In this document: piece by piece, positions 40,601 through 51,605 of the stretch | Layout: every line of letters starts with the position of its first letter | Position numbering within the stretch: the first letter of the stretch is position 1 | DNA from: Phallusia mammillata | Lineage: Eukaryota | Length of the DNA: 64,000 bases | Assembly (NCBI GenBank): GCA_965637545.1 | Contig: OZ281494.1 | Coordinates: 11,346,001-11,410,000 of the forward strand | Direction: 5' to 3' | Translations under genes and position numbers: made by a program | The notes under the pieces: model-generated | Databases searched by the model: none | What the model was told of the DNA's origin: nothing | The model's input: only the letters and a program-made list of their open reading frames with translations

Positions 40601-43600
40601 GTGATTTGGGTCTGTGTGCTTGCTTAATGCGTTCAGACTGTCCCGAAGTTCTGCTGAGTCATGCTGACTGTGTTAGTACCTCAGTGGTTTGTAGCTTTAA
40701 TGGTATAATGACAAATATATTTACTTTTCGGTTGCAGTATGAAAGAGCTCGTGTGATTTACAAATATGCCATCGACCGAATTGACAAACAATTAGCCGGA
40801 GACCTTTTCAAAGCGTACACAATTTTCGAGAAAAAGTTCGGAAACCGATCAGGCATCGAAAATGTGATCGTCAGTAAAAGGAAGTTTCAGTATGAAGAGG
40901 AAGTGAAGGTATGAAATTAAAAATTTGCCTTGAATACCATTCGTAGAATACCAAAAGTTGATGACGCACAATGACCCTATAATTTTATAAAGCACTAATT
41001 TGTCAAACGAAAATGTAAAGAAAAGAAATGGCTTGGTTACATTTTTGTGTGTTTACAAAGCAGTCACAGAACACGTTTGCAAAACTGTGCCATCAGTAGA
41101 AATTTATTTTTGCTTGTGTTGAATTTATACCACATCTTCATCAGCTCATATGACTTAATATCGATCATTACAAAAATATTTTATTTGCGTTTGAACGGTC
41201 CGATACTGCTCAGTTTAAACACTCTCAGTTTATTTTTTTTAACAAAGTGGGCACGAAAAATGTTTAAAATCATACCAGTAGCGAATCTTATATTACTGTT
41301 GTTGATTTTATACCGTATTTTGTTGAAAAACAACTTAATCTCGACCATCTTAGGCAAATCCACATAACTACGATGCGTGGTTCGATTATTTGCGTCTTTC
41401 GGAAGATGAGGGGGACGTTGAATCGACGCGTGAAGTTTACGAACGTGCAATCTCGAACATTCCACTTGTGACGCAGAAGCGACACTGGAGGCGCTATATC
41501 TACTTGTGGATTAACTACGCGTTGTACGAGGAACTAGAAAGCAAGGTCAGTTGTGTTGGATTTCAAAAGTCTATGCCACTTAACGATTTTTGTTACTCTG
41601 TATTCGCTTTGCAAATCTGCGATTCAAACTTGGGTAAGTTAATTCTTGGGTAAGCTTTCCTCTTTTTATTAAACATGACTCTATATGTGAACAATTATTT
41701 CTTTTTCTATCCACCGTTTTCAATAAATATATATTTTTCTTTTGCATATAGTTTTTACATCAACTTTATGCAAGTAGCACAAACTTTCAGTTTCTTCGAA
41801 GAAAGGGCAAAAATGCCTAACTAGTTAGTTTACGCATAAACAGCTCCTAATTACACATAACAAAACCTCGTCATGCCGCACAATGAAATATTTTACAGTA
41901 TTTTCTGTGATTTAATTCCTCCATTTTAGGACATTAAAAACCAAAAATATCGTTGTCTGTAAAATGTCTTATTTTTTTGTTGGCCAAACAGTATCTCGTG
42001 GGCAACAATTGGCCCTTGGACCACGCTATATTGGGTGTTTGTTTAAAAGCAAATTAAAACGAAAATATATTGTGTCACTTTTTTATGTTTTATGTGCAGG
42101 ACATGGAACGAGCCCGTGACGTGTACAAGGCGTGTCTTGACGTCATACCACATCGCAAGTTCACATTTGCCAAAATCTGGATCATGTTCGCCCACTTTGA
42201 GATTCGCCAGAAGGATGTGACACAAGCAAGAAAAATATTTGTAAGTCAGTAAACAGTCCGACACTTTTAATGTTTTTAGTTGGGATTTTTTATTGGTTCC
42301 TCGTGACAACGGACCCTTTTTGTATTGTCCTCTTATTGTAGCCCTTTTTGGTGTTTCTCGCTCAAAGTATAGGGTTGGACTTTTACATAGCTGTATAAGG
42401 ATTGGTCACAACATCTTTGTTGTATTGAAAAAATGGAATTAAAGCATGTAAATTAATCGCCTTAAATCGTGCAATGATCCTTAAGAGATACAAAATTCTA
42501 CAAGCATGCTGAGAAAAATACAAGTTGTTTACAAGTTTATGAAAAACAACTAGAATTTGCTTTAGCATCACATCAGTTAAATGACAAATTTGTTGGATAT
42601 TAATTCGTCGTGGTGTCTATAGTCTATACCAGTGGTTCCCAAACTTTATCTACTCGCGTACCATTTTTTGGGTTCATGCAGCGTTCTCGTACCACCTACA
42701 ATAATTGTCAGAAAATTCCAGAATTCACAAATAAAAATGATGTGCAAAATGTTTAATGAATAAAAATGTTACTAAACTTTACTAACTAACTTTACCTTAG
42801 TAACTTTAGTCTTTAGTAACCAAAGGCTCGTAAATATTAAACAAAAATTAGTCAAACTTTTACCGCCCTCGCTACGGTGCCACTGTCAACACAACTAGTA
42901 GCTTATTACAATATCTGACTTTAAGGATTTATTACGTCGTAATAACAGATTCATAACGTCATAAAACACCTATTTCGTCACAAAGAAACCCTGCTTTACA
43001 GTTCGATGCGTCAATCAATACACCAAGGAATTAGAATTTAGTAGGGAATATAGTATGAAATTTCACGCTCTACGTAACTTGTGTAAATTAAAATAATTAC
43101 GATAATCACTAGGAGATCATTTGCGATCGTTTGGTGTGAACTGAATAAGTTGCTCGCGTACCACCTTGGAGACCTTCGCGTACCACTAGTGGTACGCGTA
43201 CCATAGTTTGGGAACCACTGGTCTATACGATGCAATTGGTGGATGTTTTGACGTTTATGTGTTTGTTTTGCAGGGAGTGGCTATAGGCAAATGTCCAAAA
43301 GACAAGCTATTTCGCCAGTACATTGAACTCGAATTGCAACTTCGGGAGTTTGACCGCTGTCGGATTCTCTACGAACGATTTCTGGAAACTGCATCCGATA
43401 ACTGCACAACGTGGTGCCGGTTTGCCGAACTTGAAACGTTGCTAGGTGACGTGGATCGAGCTCGAGCCATATATGAGATTGCCGTCGACCAACCAAGACT
43501 CGACATGCCGGAGGTGGGTTAGTTGTTGGTTCAATGGTTGATTGTGGTTTACGGTTGTGTGTTACTGTGGAGTATGTGTGATGTTTGAATACAAGTTTTG

Positions 43601-46317
43601 TTTTTAATTTAAAGTCAAACTTCGCCCAATTATACGAGCTTAGAATACAAAGACATATATAGGCAATTATGGCAGAATTTAATTCTAATAGTTTAACGTT
43701 GTTTCCTTCACTATTTTAAAGTTTTTAATTTACACTTAAGTTTAAACAACGTTTTATTACGGCTAGGAATTAAAAATTGTTTTTCGTGCCCAAGAGCACA
43801 TGGTTTGGAACTTAAGACGGCATCCCCTTTTTAAATACCTATAATTTCGCCACATATTACTCTTAAGCGGCCATTATCGCCATAAACATAAAGAAACAAC
43901 CCAAATAGATGCACAAAAGATCTTGTACCATAACAGCTTTTGTGGAAAGCCTACATTGATTTCGAGTTGGAGCAAGACGAAAAAGACAACGCACGTAAAC
44001 TGTACGAACGCCTGCTTGACCGAACTCAACATATCAAAGTATGGCTCAGTTATGCAACCTTCGAAGCAACCGGGAACGACAATAACGCTTTCAACAGAGC
44101 CAGGTGCGTGATGTCATTGGGAGTGACGTCATTTTTTTCTTGTGATGTGAAATAGAAAACTACACCCGAAAGAGTCGTTCTCTAGTCGTCTAGTTGCTTT
44201 CGGTTTCCTTTTCTGATTGTTTTAGGTAAAACTATTGAAATACTGTTGTAATGCAAGTCAAGGGTGGTATTGGCAACATTTTGACTCTTGCAGGGGTCGC
44301 TTACTGCCGCAATCGGTTCACGGAAAGTGATGTTTTCCAAACGTGTTTAGTCGTCTGGTTTTGGCGACAAGAACACAATGCAAAAGTTTTCGGTTGTGGC
44401 AGTGGACCACAACCGTTGACATTTAAAAGATAAATCAACACTTAAAATGCCAAGTCAAGTAGAATAGTCCACTTTCCGTAAAAAATACACTCTCTGTTAC
44501 CACCTTGCGAAAGATAGGTCTTTGCGAAAACTGACATAGGCCTACTGTCCCCTGGACGAATGTCATACTTCAATGTTTATCGCACGTAAGAAAACAAATA
44601 ATGGTTTTTTAAAACGTTGGAAATATACGCATTTTTTAGCTTTATTTGGCATTATTTTGTAGGGAAGTTTACAAAAAAGCGAATTCGTCTTTGAAGAACA
44701 GCGAAGCAAAAGAAGAACGACTCATGCTTTTGGAAGCTTGGAAAAAATTCGAGGTCAGTTTTTTAATACATGCAGCCTAGATGTAGTCACTGTAAATACA
44801 CTGGCTACCTCTAATCCTTGTACGGAACTATCATAAATGTACTATGTAAGTTTTCCAGAGCATTACATGTTTAATCATGCAAAATTAAAAAATAAAAATA
44901 AATAAACTGCCTTTTTATTAACCAATCATTACTTCCATACGCCTTTTTGTAAGTGCCTTCGCTTGTCTGCTATTTACATTAGACTAGAGAGAAAAACAAA
45001 AAAGGGAATTCTTTTTTCCCTCTCACTTTCGCGCGCGAGGGAATGTAGTGGCTGTTTTGTTGCATCGACGTCGGCTCCTTCGATAGCTCAGTTGGTAGAG
45101 CGGTGGACTGTAGCGGGTTAAACCTCAGAAATCCATAGGTCACTGGTTCGAATCCGGTTCGAAGGATGTCTTTTTTAAGCTTTTTGCTGTTTAATTTAAT
45201 GTCTAAATCATTTGAAGATTAAACAGAAATAATTCACAAAATCTTTTTGTTGAAACTGGAATAAATAATAGAAACACTAAACACGTACAACTTTATGCAG
45301 TGAATGCTTCGTGGTAAAATTGTTTTCCACAAAATGTGTTCACCACATTTAAGCTTTTTGACTAATTGTTGTTGTTGAAATGTTGCCATTTTAGGTCCCA
45401 AGTACACACGAATGTTCTGAAATTTAAAATTTGTTGGCAACTATCGTCGTTTATCTGTTAAAATGACTTTTTTGTGCCGTTTATTTGTAGACGGAACACG
45501 GAGACGAGACATCACAAAACCAAATCAACCGACTTATGCCAAAGCGAGTGAAAAAGCGAAGAAAAGTTACTACCGAAGGAGGGGTAAGAAGGGTGAAAAT
45601 GTTTACGAAAACTGCTTGGTGTCACAAAATCTTCAAGGTCCTCTTTGTCGAACCTTTACCTCATGAAATACCTTTAGTCAGCCAGCCTTACGTCGTTAGC
45701 TAATCATTTACTCCAAAGAAAACCAGATTGGTCGGTTGTAAAATGTACTGTTGAACCCCCGCTGTAATACACACTGAATACTATCTAAATAATAAGTAGG
45801 GCCAATATTATGAACGACTGCGCCAAGTCAATTGTCATGTGAAAAAATAATGGCTTGGAGTGCCAACTTCGTTGTGTGCAATAGTGTGTAGGACTAGTAG
45901 GACACCATAACTTTGGCACGCGTACAAGAGGTTGCCGCACCCTAACACGGAGCAATGTGGCTTACTTGCATTCTGGCTCACAAACCTATTTGTCTATAAG
46001 TGTGTATTGTAAAACGAAACGTTTGGTGATTGTCAGTTTATAAGTTTAGGCGGGCATGAAACTTTGTAAACTGCAGAGATATGACATAGCAATTACATGC
46101 TGTACAGATTGATGCCGGATGGGAAGAGTATTACGATTACATCTTTCCCGAAGAGGAAGAAGCCCAGCCCAACCTTAAGTTGCTCGCAATGGCAAAGATG
46201 TGGAAGGCCAAGAAGGAAGAGGGAGACTCGGACAGTGATGACAGCTCGGACGAAGACTCGGCAAGTGACGATGAAAATCGAACTGTGGCTGGACCTTCAG
46301 GTTCAAACGACGCATAG
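37604..46317 (+). CDS. CRNKL1: Crooked neck-like splicing factor (HAT repeats), 15 exons, ~700 aa
   Basis: Exons 37604-37651, 37856-37945, 38155-38217, 38279-38370, 38682-38840, 39361-39527, 39780-39958, 40738-40908, 41354-41545, 42100-42240, 43274-43513, 43937-44103, 44663-44753, 45491-45583, 46108-46317 (2103 nt). Diagnostic [32 protein letters not shown] repeats ([20 protein letters not shown]), C-terminal [11 protein letters not shown]...[13 protein letters not shown]. Confidence 0.97.
39528..39779 (+). other. U12-type AT-AC intron (CRNKL1 intron 6)
   Basis: 5' ATATCCTTT, branch TTCCTTGAC at 39759-39767, 3' ...TTCAC; removal joins [21 protein letters not shown] in frame. Confidence 0.95.
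40441..40527 (-). tRNA. TRU-TCA: tRNA-Sec (anticodon TCA), 87 nt
   Basis: Minus strand GCCTAGATGATCCTCAGTGGTCTGGGGTGCAGGCTTCAAACCTGTAGCTGATTAGCGTCAGAGTGGTTCAATTCCACCTTCTGGGCG: 9-bp acceptor stem, long variable arm, UCA anticodon; nearly identical to the metazoan tRNA-Sec sequence as recalled; T5 terminator at 40429-40425. Confidence 0.96.
40549..40592 (-). promoter_or_regulatory. External Pol III promoter of tRNA-Sec (TATA + PSE-like)
   Basis: TTATATATAT at about -22 to -31 and TCACCACAAACGTAAGT at about -49 to -65 from the tRNA 5' end, the spacing expected for snRNA-type Pol III promoters. Confidence 0.75.
42630..43220. mobile_element. hAT (Buster/Charlie-type) MITE in CRNKL1 intron 10
   Basis: TIR CAGTGGTTCCCAAACT / AGTTTGGGAACCACTG; perfect TSD GTCTATAC (42622-42629, 43221-43228); subterminal CGCGTACCA repeats. 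Confidence 0.93.
45077..45166 (+). tRNA. TRY-GTA: tRNA-Tyr (GTA) with 17-nt intron (45114-45130)
   Basis: CCTTCGATAGCTCAGTTGGTAGAGCGGTGGACTGTAG-intron-ATCCATAGGTCACTGGTTCGAATCCGGTTCGAAGGA; intact A and B boxes; lies in CRNKL1 intron 13. Confidence 0.96.
45171..45176 (+). terminator. Pol III terminator of tRNA-Tyr
   Basis: T6 run 4 nt after the tRNA 3' end. Confidence 0.85.
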
Positions 46318-46664
46318 CACTTGTATGAGTTGCGTTCAACAAATGACAATGTTTGACCTAACCACGCGAAAGAGCAGCTAAATCCAAAAAGCTTCTGACA
46401 GTGCCATAGAGGAAGACCTTTGGTGGGTAACGAGAACAATTTCCCCAAAGCCAAGCCCTTGGTGTTTGCTTTATTTTCTATCACAGTCGGCATAACTGTA
46501 CATAAACGTACATTGTACAACGATAAATACACGGACATTAAATCAAATAAAGTACAGCAAATACGTTGCTAGTGTTTTCTAACAAAAGTGTGGGTGGCTC
46601 CCAGCCAGCCCCAACACGTGTTGCATAATATCTCGTCTCAGTTGCTCAAACTGCCAGACTTCTT

Positions 46665-48896
46665 TCAGGCATTGTCATTTGTTTCGTCCATACTGTTGGT
46701 GCCGTTAACGAGTTCTACAAGAGAAGTATTGCAACGTTACCCAAATAAGTCAAAAAACATGCTTCAAGAGTAAAACACAAGTGACACCTTTTTCAGGGAG
46801 ATCCTTTTGCTCTTTCTTCATTCCATTAATAGGTGGCCGTGCAATTGGTTTCATTAATTTCAACTTTGTTCCACACTCCTGTCGTTCGATCTGAACCTTA
46901 TTAGGGTTATTAATTGACATACTGTACGTTGGAAAGACATTTTAAACAGCCCAGTTAGTGCAGTTTGTTACCTGCTGTTTTTCAGAAATTAGTTTGCTGT
47001 CCAAATTGCTCAGATATGCTTGCGGTCCTTCACTGTGTTCAGCGAGAGTATTAATGTCATTTTCTGCAAGATCAATTCCTGAACCACAAGTGCAAACGAA
47101 TTTGTTAATGCATTGATTAAGAGTGTCATGCTTTATGGAGTTAAAAATCTGAGTTTTTAAATGGGTATTGCATTAAAAAAGCAACTTGGTTCGGGGCATT
47201 GACTTATCCTTACCTTTGGGCAGTTTATGTTTTACCTCACCATCAGATATGGCTGGATGAGTTTTGGTGGAAGGGAGCTAAAGAAACAACAACAAAATGT
47301 AAAGGCTAAAGAAATATTAATATTTTGGATGTGTACAAACTTTTTGGATGAAGGCATCAGCCACTTCTTCAGGAGCAGAGTCATCACTGTGAAAATGAAG
47401 TAATTAAATTTTACAAAAGGTCTTCAAAAACAAAAATTGACAGAACCCATAGACTTATAATGAAAAAATGGCCAAAATCCTAAATCCAACAGGATTCTTG
47501 AGTAGGTATTTGGTTGGAAAATGTTTTTTTTAACAAAATTTTAAGAGAAACGTTTATTCAAAAGAATGTCAGTTATTTCATACTGATTGCAATAGACAAC
47601 ATAGGTAGGGTTGCAGACTGCCATTTACAACCATTGACACATTTTTACTTAGCAATCAATTGAATATTGAACCACATAAATCATGCTCTTTCTAGAGACC
47701 TGTCATTTTCATTTTTGGCCTGCTTGTTTGCCTGTTTGTCCATTAGTGAAGTTTTCAGTCTTGACTTTTTCCATGTGTAGTAAAATTTAACAAGCTGACC
47801 AATTTCCTTGTCGGGAATCTAAAAAACATCAATGATAAATGCTATTTCATTGTGAAGATTAAACAGTCTTACCAACTGCTGGACTTTGCGGAAGTTTTTC
47901 CCATGGAATGCATATGCCTGCTCAAACAAAACTTTGTCCTCCATTGACCAATCATCTAAAACATATTTTTATTTTACACCAAAATGAGCACAAAGTACAA
48001 TGCTTATATACAAACATACCAGGCATTGGGGTAAAATTTTGCATGTCGCTTAAGGATTTTGTTACATCGTGTTTGTGCCAGAAAAGCATCCCAAGAGCCT
48101 GCTCCATGTTGTAGTGATGCTTATCTTTTGCAGTGTTACAATATGAATCCACTAATAAAGTTAGACAAAGTTATTCAACAGTAATAAAATGTCATGACAT
48201 ATTTGAGGCCTAACAATCATACATTTCTCATCACGCAAATCTTCACAAGGAGACCAAATCAGCATTCCTTCTTTTGAGTGAGGGCTTTTCTTTTGATCTG
48301 CACAAATAAGTCAAAGAATAGGAAATTAAACCTGCCATCTTACATCTATTACTAAAATATCAAAACGTTTTGACACAACAACTCATTTTTAAGGTTGCTT
48401 TACCTCCATCCCAAGTAGGGACCCTTGCTTGATACATTTCACCCACTCGCATACGCACCTCTGAAATGTGAAAATGAACAAGATTTACGCTTGGAATTAT
48501 CTACATCAGTCTCTTAACATAATAAATCTTACCATAAAGACAAATAGGTAGAGATTGTTCATTGTAACATGAAAGGAATGAGTTATTACCAGGAATGTGG
48601 TTTGTTTTTATGTTCATATTTTTACACAAAAATATGGTAAAAATAGATTAAAAGTGTAGTATTTGAACAAATAAGTACTACTAGGTAAACAAGTTTCTTT
48701 GTTTTTGCTTAAAAACTACACAAATAACCAAAGAAAAAAAAGTACGGGTACCCGGAAGATCGTCCAGACGCCCAGCCTGCATACAGTAGAACTTACGTGG
48801 TTCCTCGTCGAAAAGGCTGTCGTCGCTGGCGTAACCTGATGTACCATTTTCCTTTCTTGGCCATATTCCTGGGTTACTGGTACTGTTACTCGACAT
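46665..48896 (-). CDS. RCOR: REST corepressor (CoREST) homolog: ELM2 + SANT1 + linker, no SANT2 found; 11 exons, ~326 aa
   Basis: Exons (minus) 48896-48752, 48460-48404, 48297-48223, 48151-48020, 47955-47873, 47818-47700, 47386-47341, 47277-47214, 47078-46972, 46890-46788, 46714-46665 (981 nt). [56 protein letters not shown]...[17 protein letters not shown] linker. The last exon is the least certain. Confidence 0.92.
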
Positions 48897-50146
48897 TTTA
48901 ACTTCGGCCGAGGCCAACAGGCGAAACAAAGCCAAGACGCGAAAACACCACCACACTCTTCGCAGGTCGGACAGACTGCGACGGACCGACGGCTCACCCT
49001 CAAAGCACTGTCAGTCAATCGGTATCTGACGTTGCCTGCCTTCACTACTGAAAACCAATATATGACGCATACGAGTATGGGCATGCCATTTTGCAGGGTA
49101 GATGAAATAAATCACTATGGTGACATAGTTTTGATCATGGAAAGTGTAATGAAGTTTGTTCGCGTGTTTTTGCGCGCAAGTTTGTTGTTTGCAATTGGCA
49201 TGTCAAAAAATAGCCATAGCCGAACCGTTGTTGGTTTATGCAGCGATTTTAAAATGAAAATCATCCATGAAACTTGTGTTTGATGTAGGTAGAAACACCA
49301 CCCGGTATGCATTGGAAATAGGCACCCGGTATTGCTACAACCCCGTAAGTACAGTTGTTTAAAAGGGATAGAACCGCATCTTATAAGACGACAGAATAAA
49401 TACCAATATTTGTTGCCTGTACGATATGGTAACCCCCAAACTGAGCTTTGAGTGAAGCATAAGCATTTCTTTTGTTATTTGTAAGAATATGTTATAGCCA
49501 CACAATGAATTTGAGCTGGTCAGTTTCGTTTCCTGTTTGTGACGTCATGTACAAAAAAGCTATCACACATAGAACTTCAAGGGACAAACAGAATGGTAAA
49601 AATGAAAACATTAACCCCAAATGATAATAGTATGTGGACAGAGTAGCTTTTTTTGCCCATCAATAGGCTTTAAAAACGTGAAAAGGGGTTGCGTTTTAAT
49701 TATTTGCTTACGACTCTTTTTCACCCTTGCTAACCACCAAGCTCCCACCTTGTTAAATAAAATAATTCTTTAATTAACATGTTTGACATTTTATTTGTCA
49801 TATTTTTCGACAAATCGCTTTAAAAATCCTAAATGTATTGGGTAAGCACTTTTTTCCAAGGAATGCAGCCTGACTACGGTAACTATAGCCAGGTGATTGT
49901 TTCCGTCATGGTAGTTGGTTTCAATTTGGCGCGTGGTGATACCGGTTTTGTTGCTTCTTGTTATAATGTGACATGTAGTCTGCAGTCTGCACCAACTATT
50001 TTTGTTAAAAAAACTTTACGGATAACATTTTTAATTGTAATTTATTTTGCGCAAAGTCGCGAACATCGTCTGCAACCTGTTTAATATCACACAATGTATT
50101 TTTGTTTGTTTTTTTAGAAAGACTGTAGCCTATAAATAACAGCTAC

Positions 50147-50508
50147 GGGTGACACTAAAACGCTGAATGGGCGGGACGTCGCGAAAACCGCTAAATATCG
50201 GGTTAAATTGCTGACGGTTGGAGCTATTAAGGTTGGGATAAGGTTTTGTAATAGAAAATCATTAAAAAAAATTCCGCCGAACACTACATTCCGCGCCCGA
50301 AACGTCCCGCCATCTCCCGCGACGTCCCGCCATAGCATTTTTGCCTAATGTCAGGAAATAGTTGAATAAGTTTTAGGCAGGGACATTTTTTGATTCATAT
50401 ACTATTATAAAACCTCAACCTAACCCTAATAGCACTAACCGTCAGCAATTTACCCGATATTGAGCGGTTTCCGCGACGTCCCGCCCATTCAGCGTTTTAG
50501 TGTCACCC
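50147..50508. mobile_element. Foldback-type MITE with ~95-bp TIRs nested in the 3.1-kb element
   Basis: GGGTGACACTAAAACGCTGAATGGGCGGGACGTCGCG... mirrored at the right end; perfect 8-bp TSD ACAGCTAC (50139-50146; 50509-50516). Confidence 0.92.
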
Positions 50509-51445
50509 ACAGCTACACTGTACTATAGTTTACTAAAATTTTAAAATATTTTATAGTATACTAAAATAGTATAATACAGGTCATGTGCCCTTTAAGTCTA
50601 CAGCATCAAGTCAGCCACTGGTGAAAGCATATGGTTCTGATGGGCGAAACCTTTTTTCCTGACTGACATGCCATGACCATCACCATTGGGAACATATTGC
50701 TCAACTTTAACAATTTTGCCTGCCAATTACAAAAGCAACAAAATGGTGTTGAAATCAGGGACAAGAAATCAACCAATAAGTGTGAGGTAGGTATCAGATG
50801 GCAGAACACAAACATATTTTTTGTGTCAGATTAAGAACAGACATAAATAACAGAAACTTCACAAGTTAACAGAAAAAACACCCTTGCCTTAAAAAATGAA
50901 TACTCACTCAAAATAGTACATACTGTGTTCCTCATAAAAACTTAACTTTTAGTTACTAATTTTACTAATTTAGAAAGTTCAGGTTTTTACATCAATATTG
51001 ATTCTGAATTTATAAACAGATCTCATAAACAAGTAAAAGATGCTTCTTGCAATGAGGTGGTGTTTACACAAGATGATAGCATCAACAAGAAATTTGGTCA
51101 GTTACTATTGTCATCCAGTGAGTGCATGGTGTTTATGACTGAAAAAAGTGCAACTTCTAGAAATACTTAAAAACATTTTTTTTCTATTTTCTAATACAGA
51201 TTTTGTTGGTTGCAGACTTGCAGTACACTTTCTTTCTGTGCAACCCACTCTCACATAAAATCTCCAGCATGCACGCCTGTGTTATCGGGCTGATAATTGT
51301 GCGCAGGTATTTTTGCAGTGTATATGGCTATACTAAATTTTCTTCCAATGTACAAAATTTATTGCTCATACAATATGTAAATCTGTTGCCATGGTAGTTT
51401 TATTTTTGTTGAAAAGGTTTAGTATTTCTTTAGCAATGTCTACAT

Positions 51446-51605
51446 CAGGGGTTCTTAACCAAGGGTTCTCGTACCCCCAAGGGGTGTGAGAACTGTTCCT
51501 AGGGGGTGCGGGGATGCTGAATCATTAAGGTTGGTTAGATCTATTCTATATAATTAAGAAACCCAGGGGGGTGCAAAAAAAAGAAAAAAAGGTTAAGAAC
51601 CACTG
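51446..51605. mobile_element. hAT (Buster/Charlie-type) MITE nested in the 3.1-kb element
   Basis: TIR CAGGGGTTCTTAACC / GGTTAAGAACCACTG; perfect TSD GTCTACAT (51438-51445; 51606-51613). Confidence 0.9.

Noticed and set aside
46097-46773. Extra small ORFs between CRNKL1 and RCOR
   Set aside because: Alternative-frame or antisense shadows of the last exons and UTRs.
50220-50440. TTAGGG-like motifs as interstitial telomere
   Set aside because: Only 1-2 degenerate units, inside the TIRs of a MITE.
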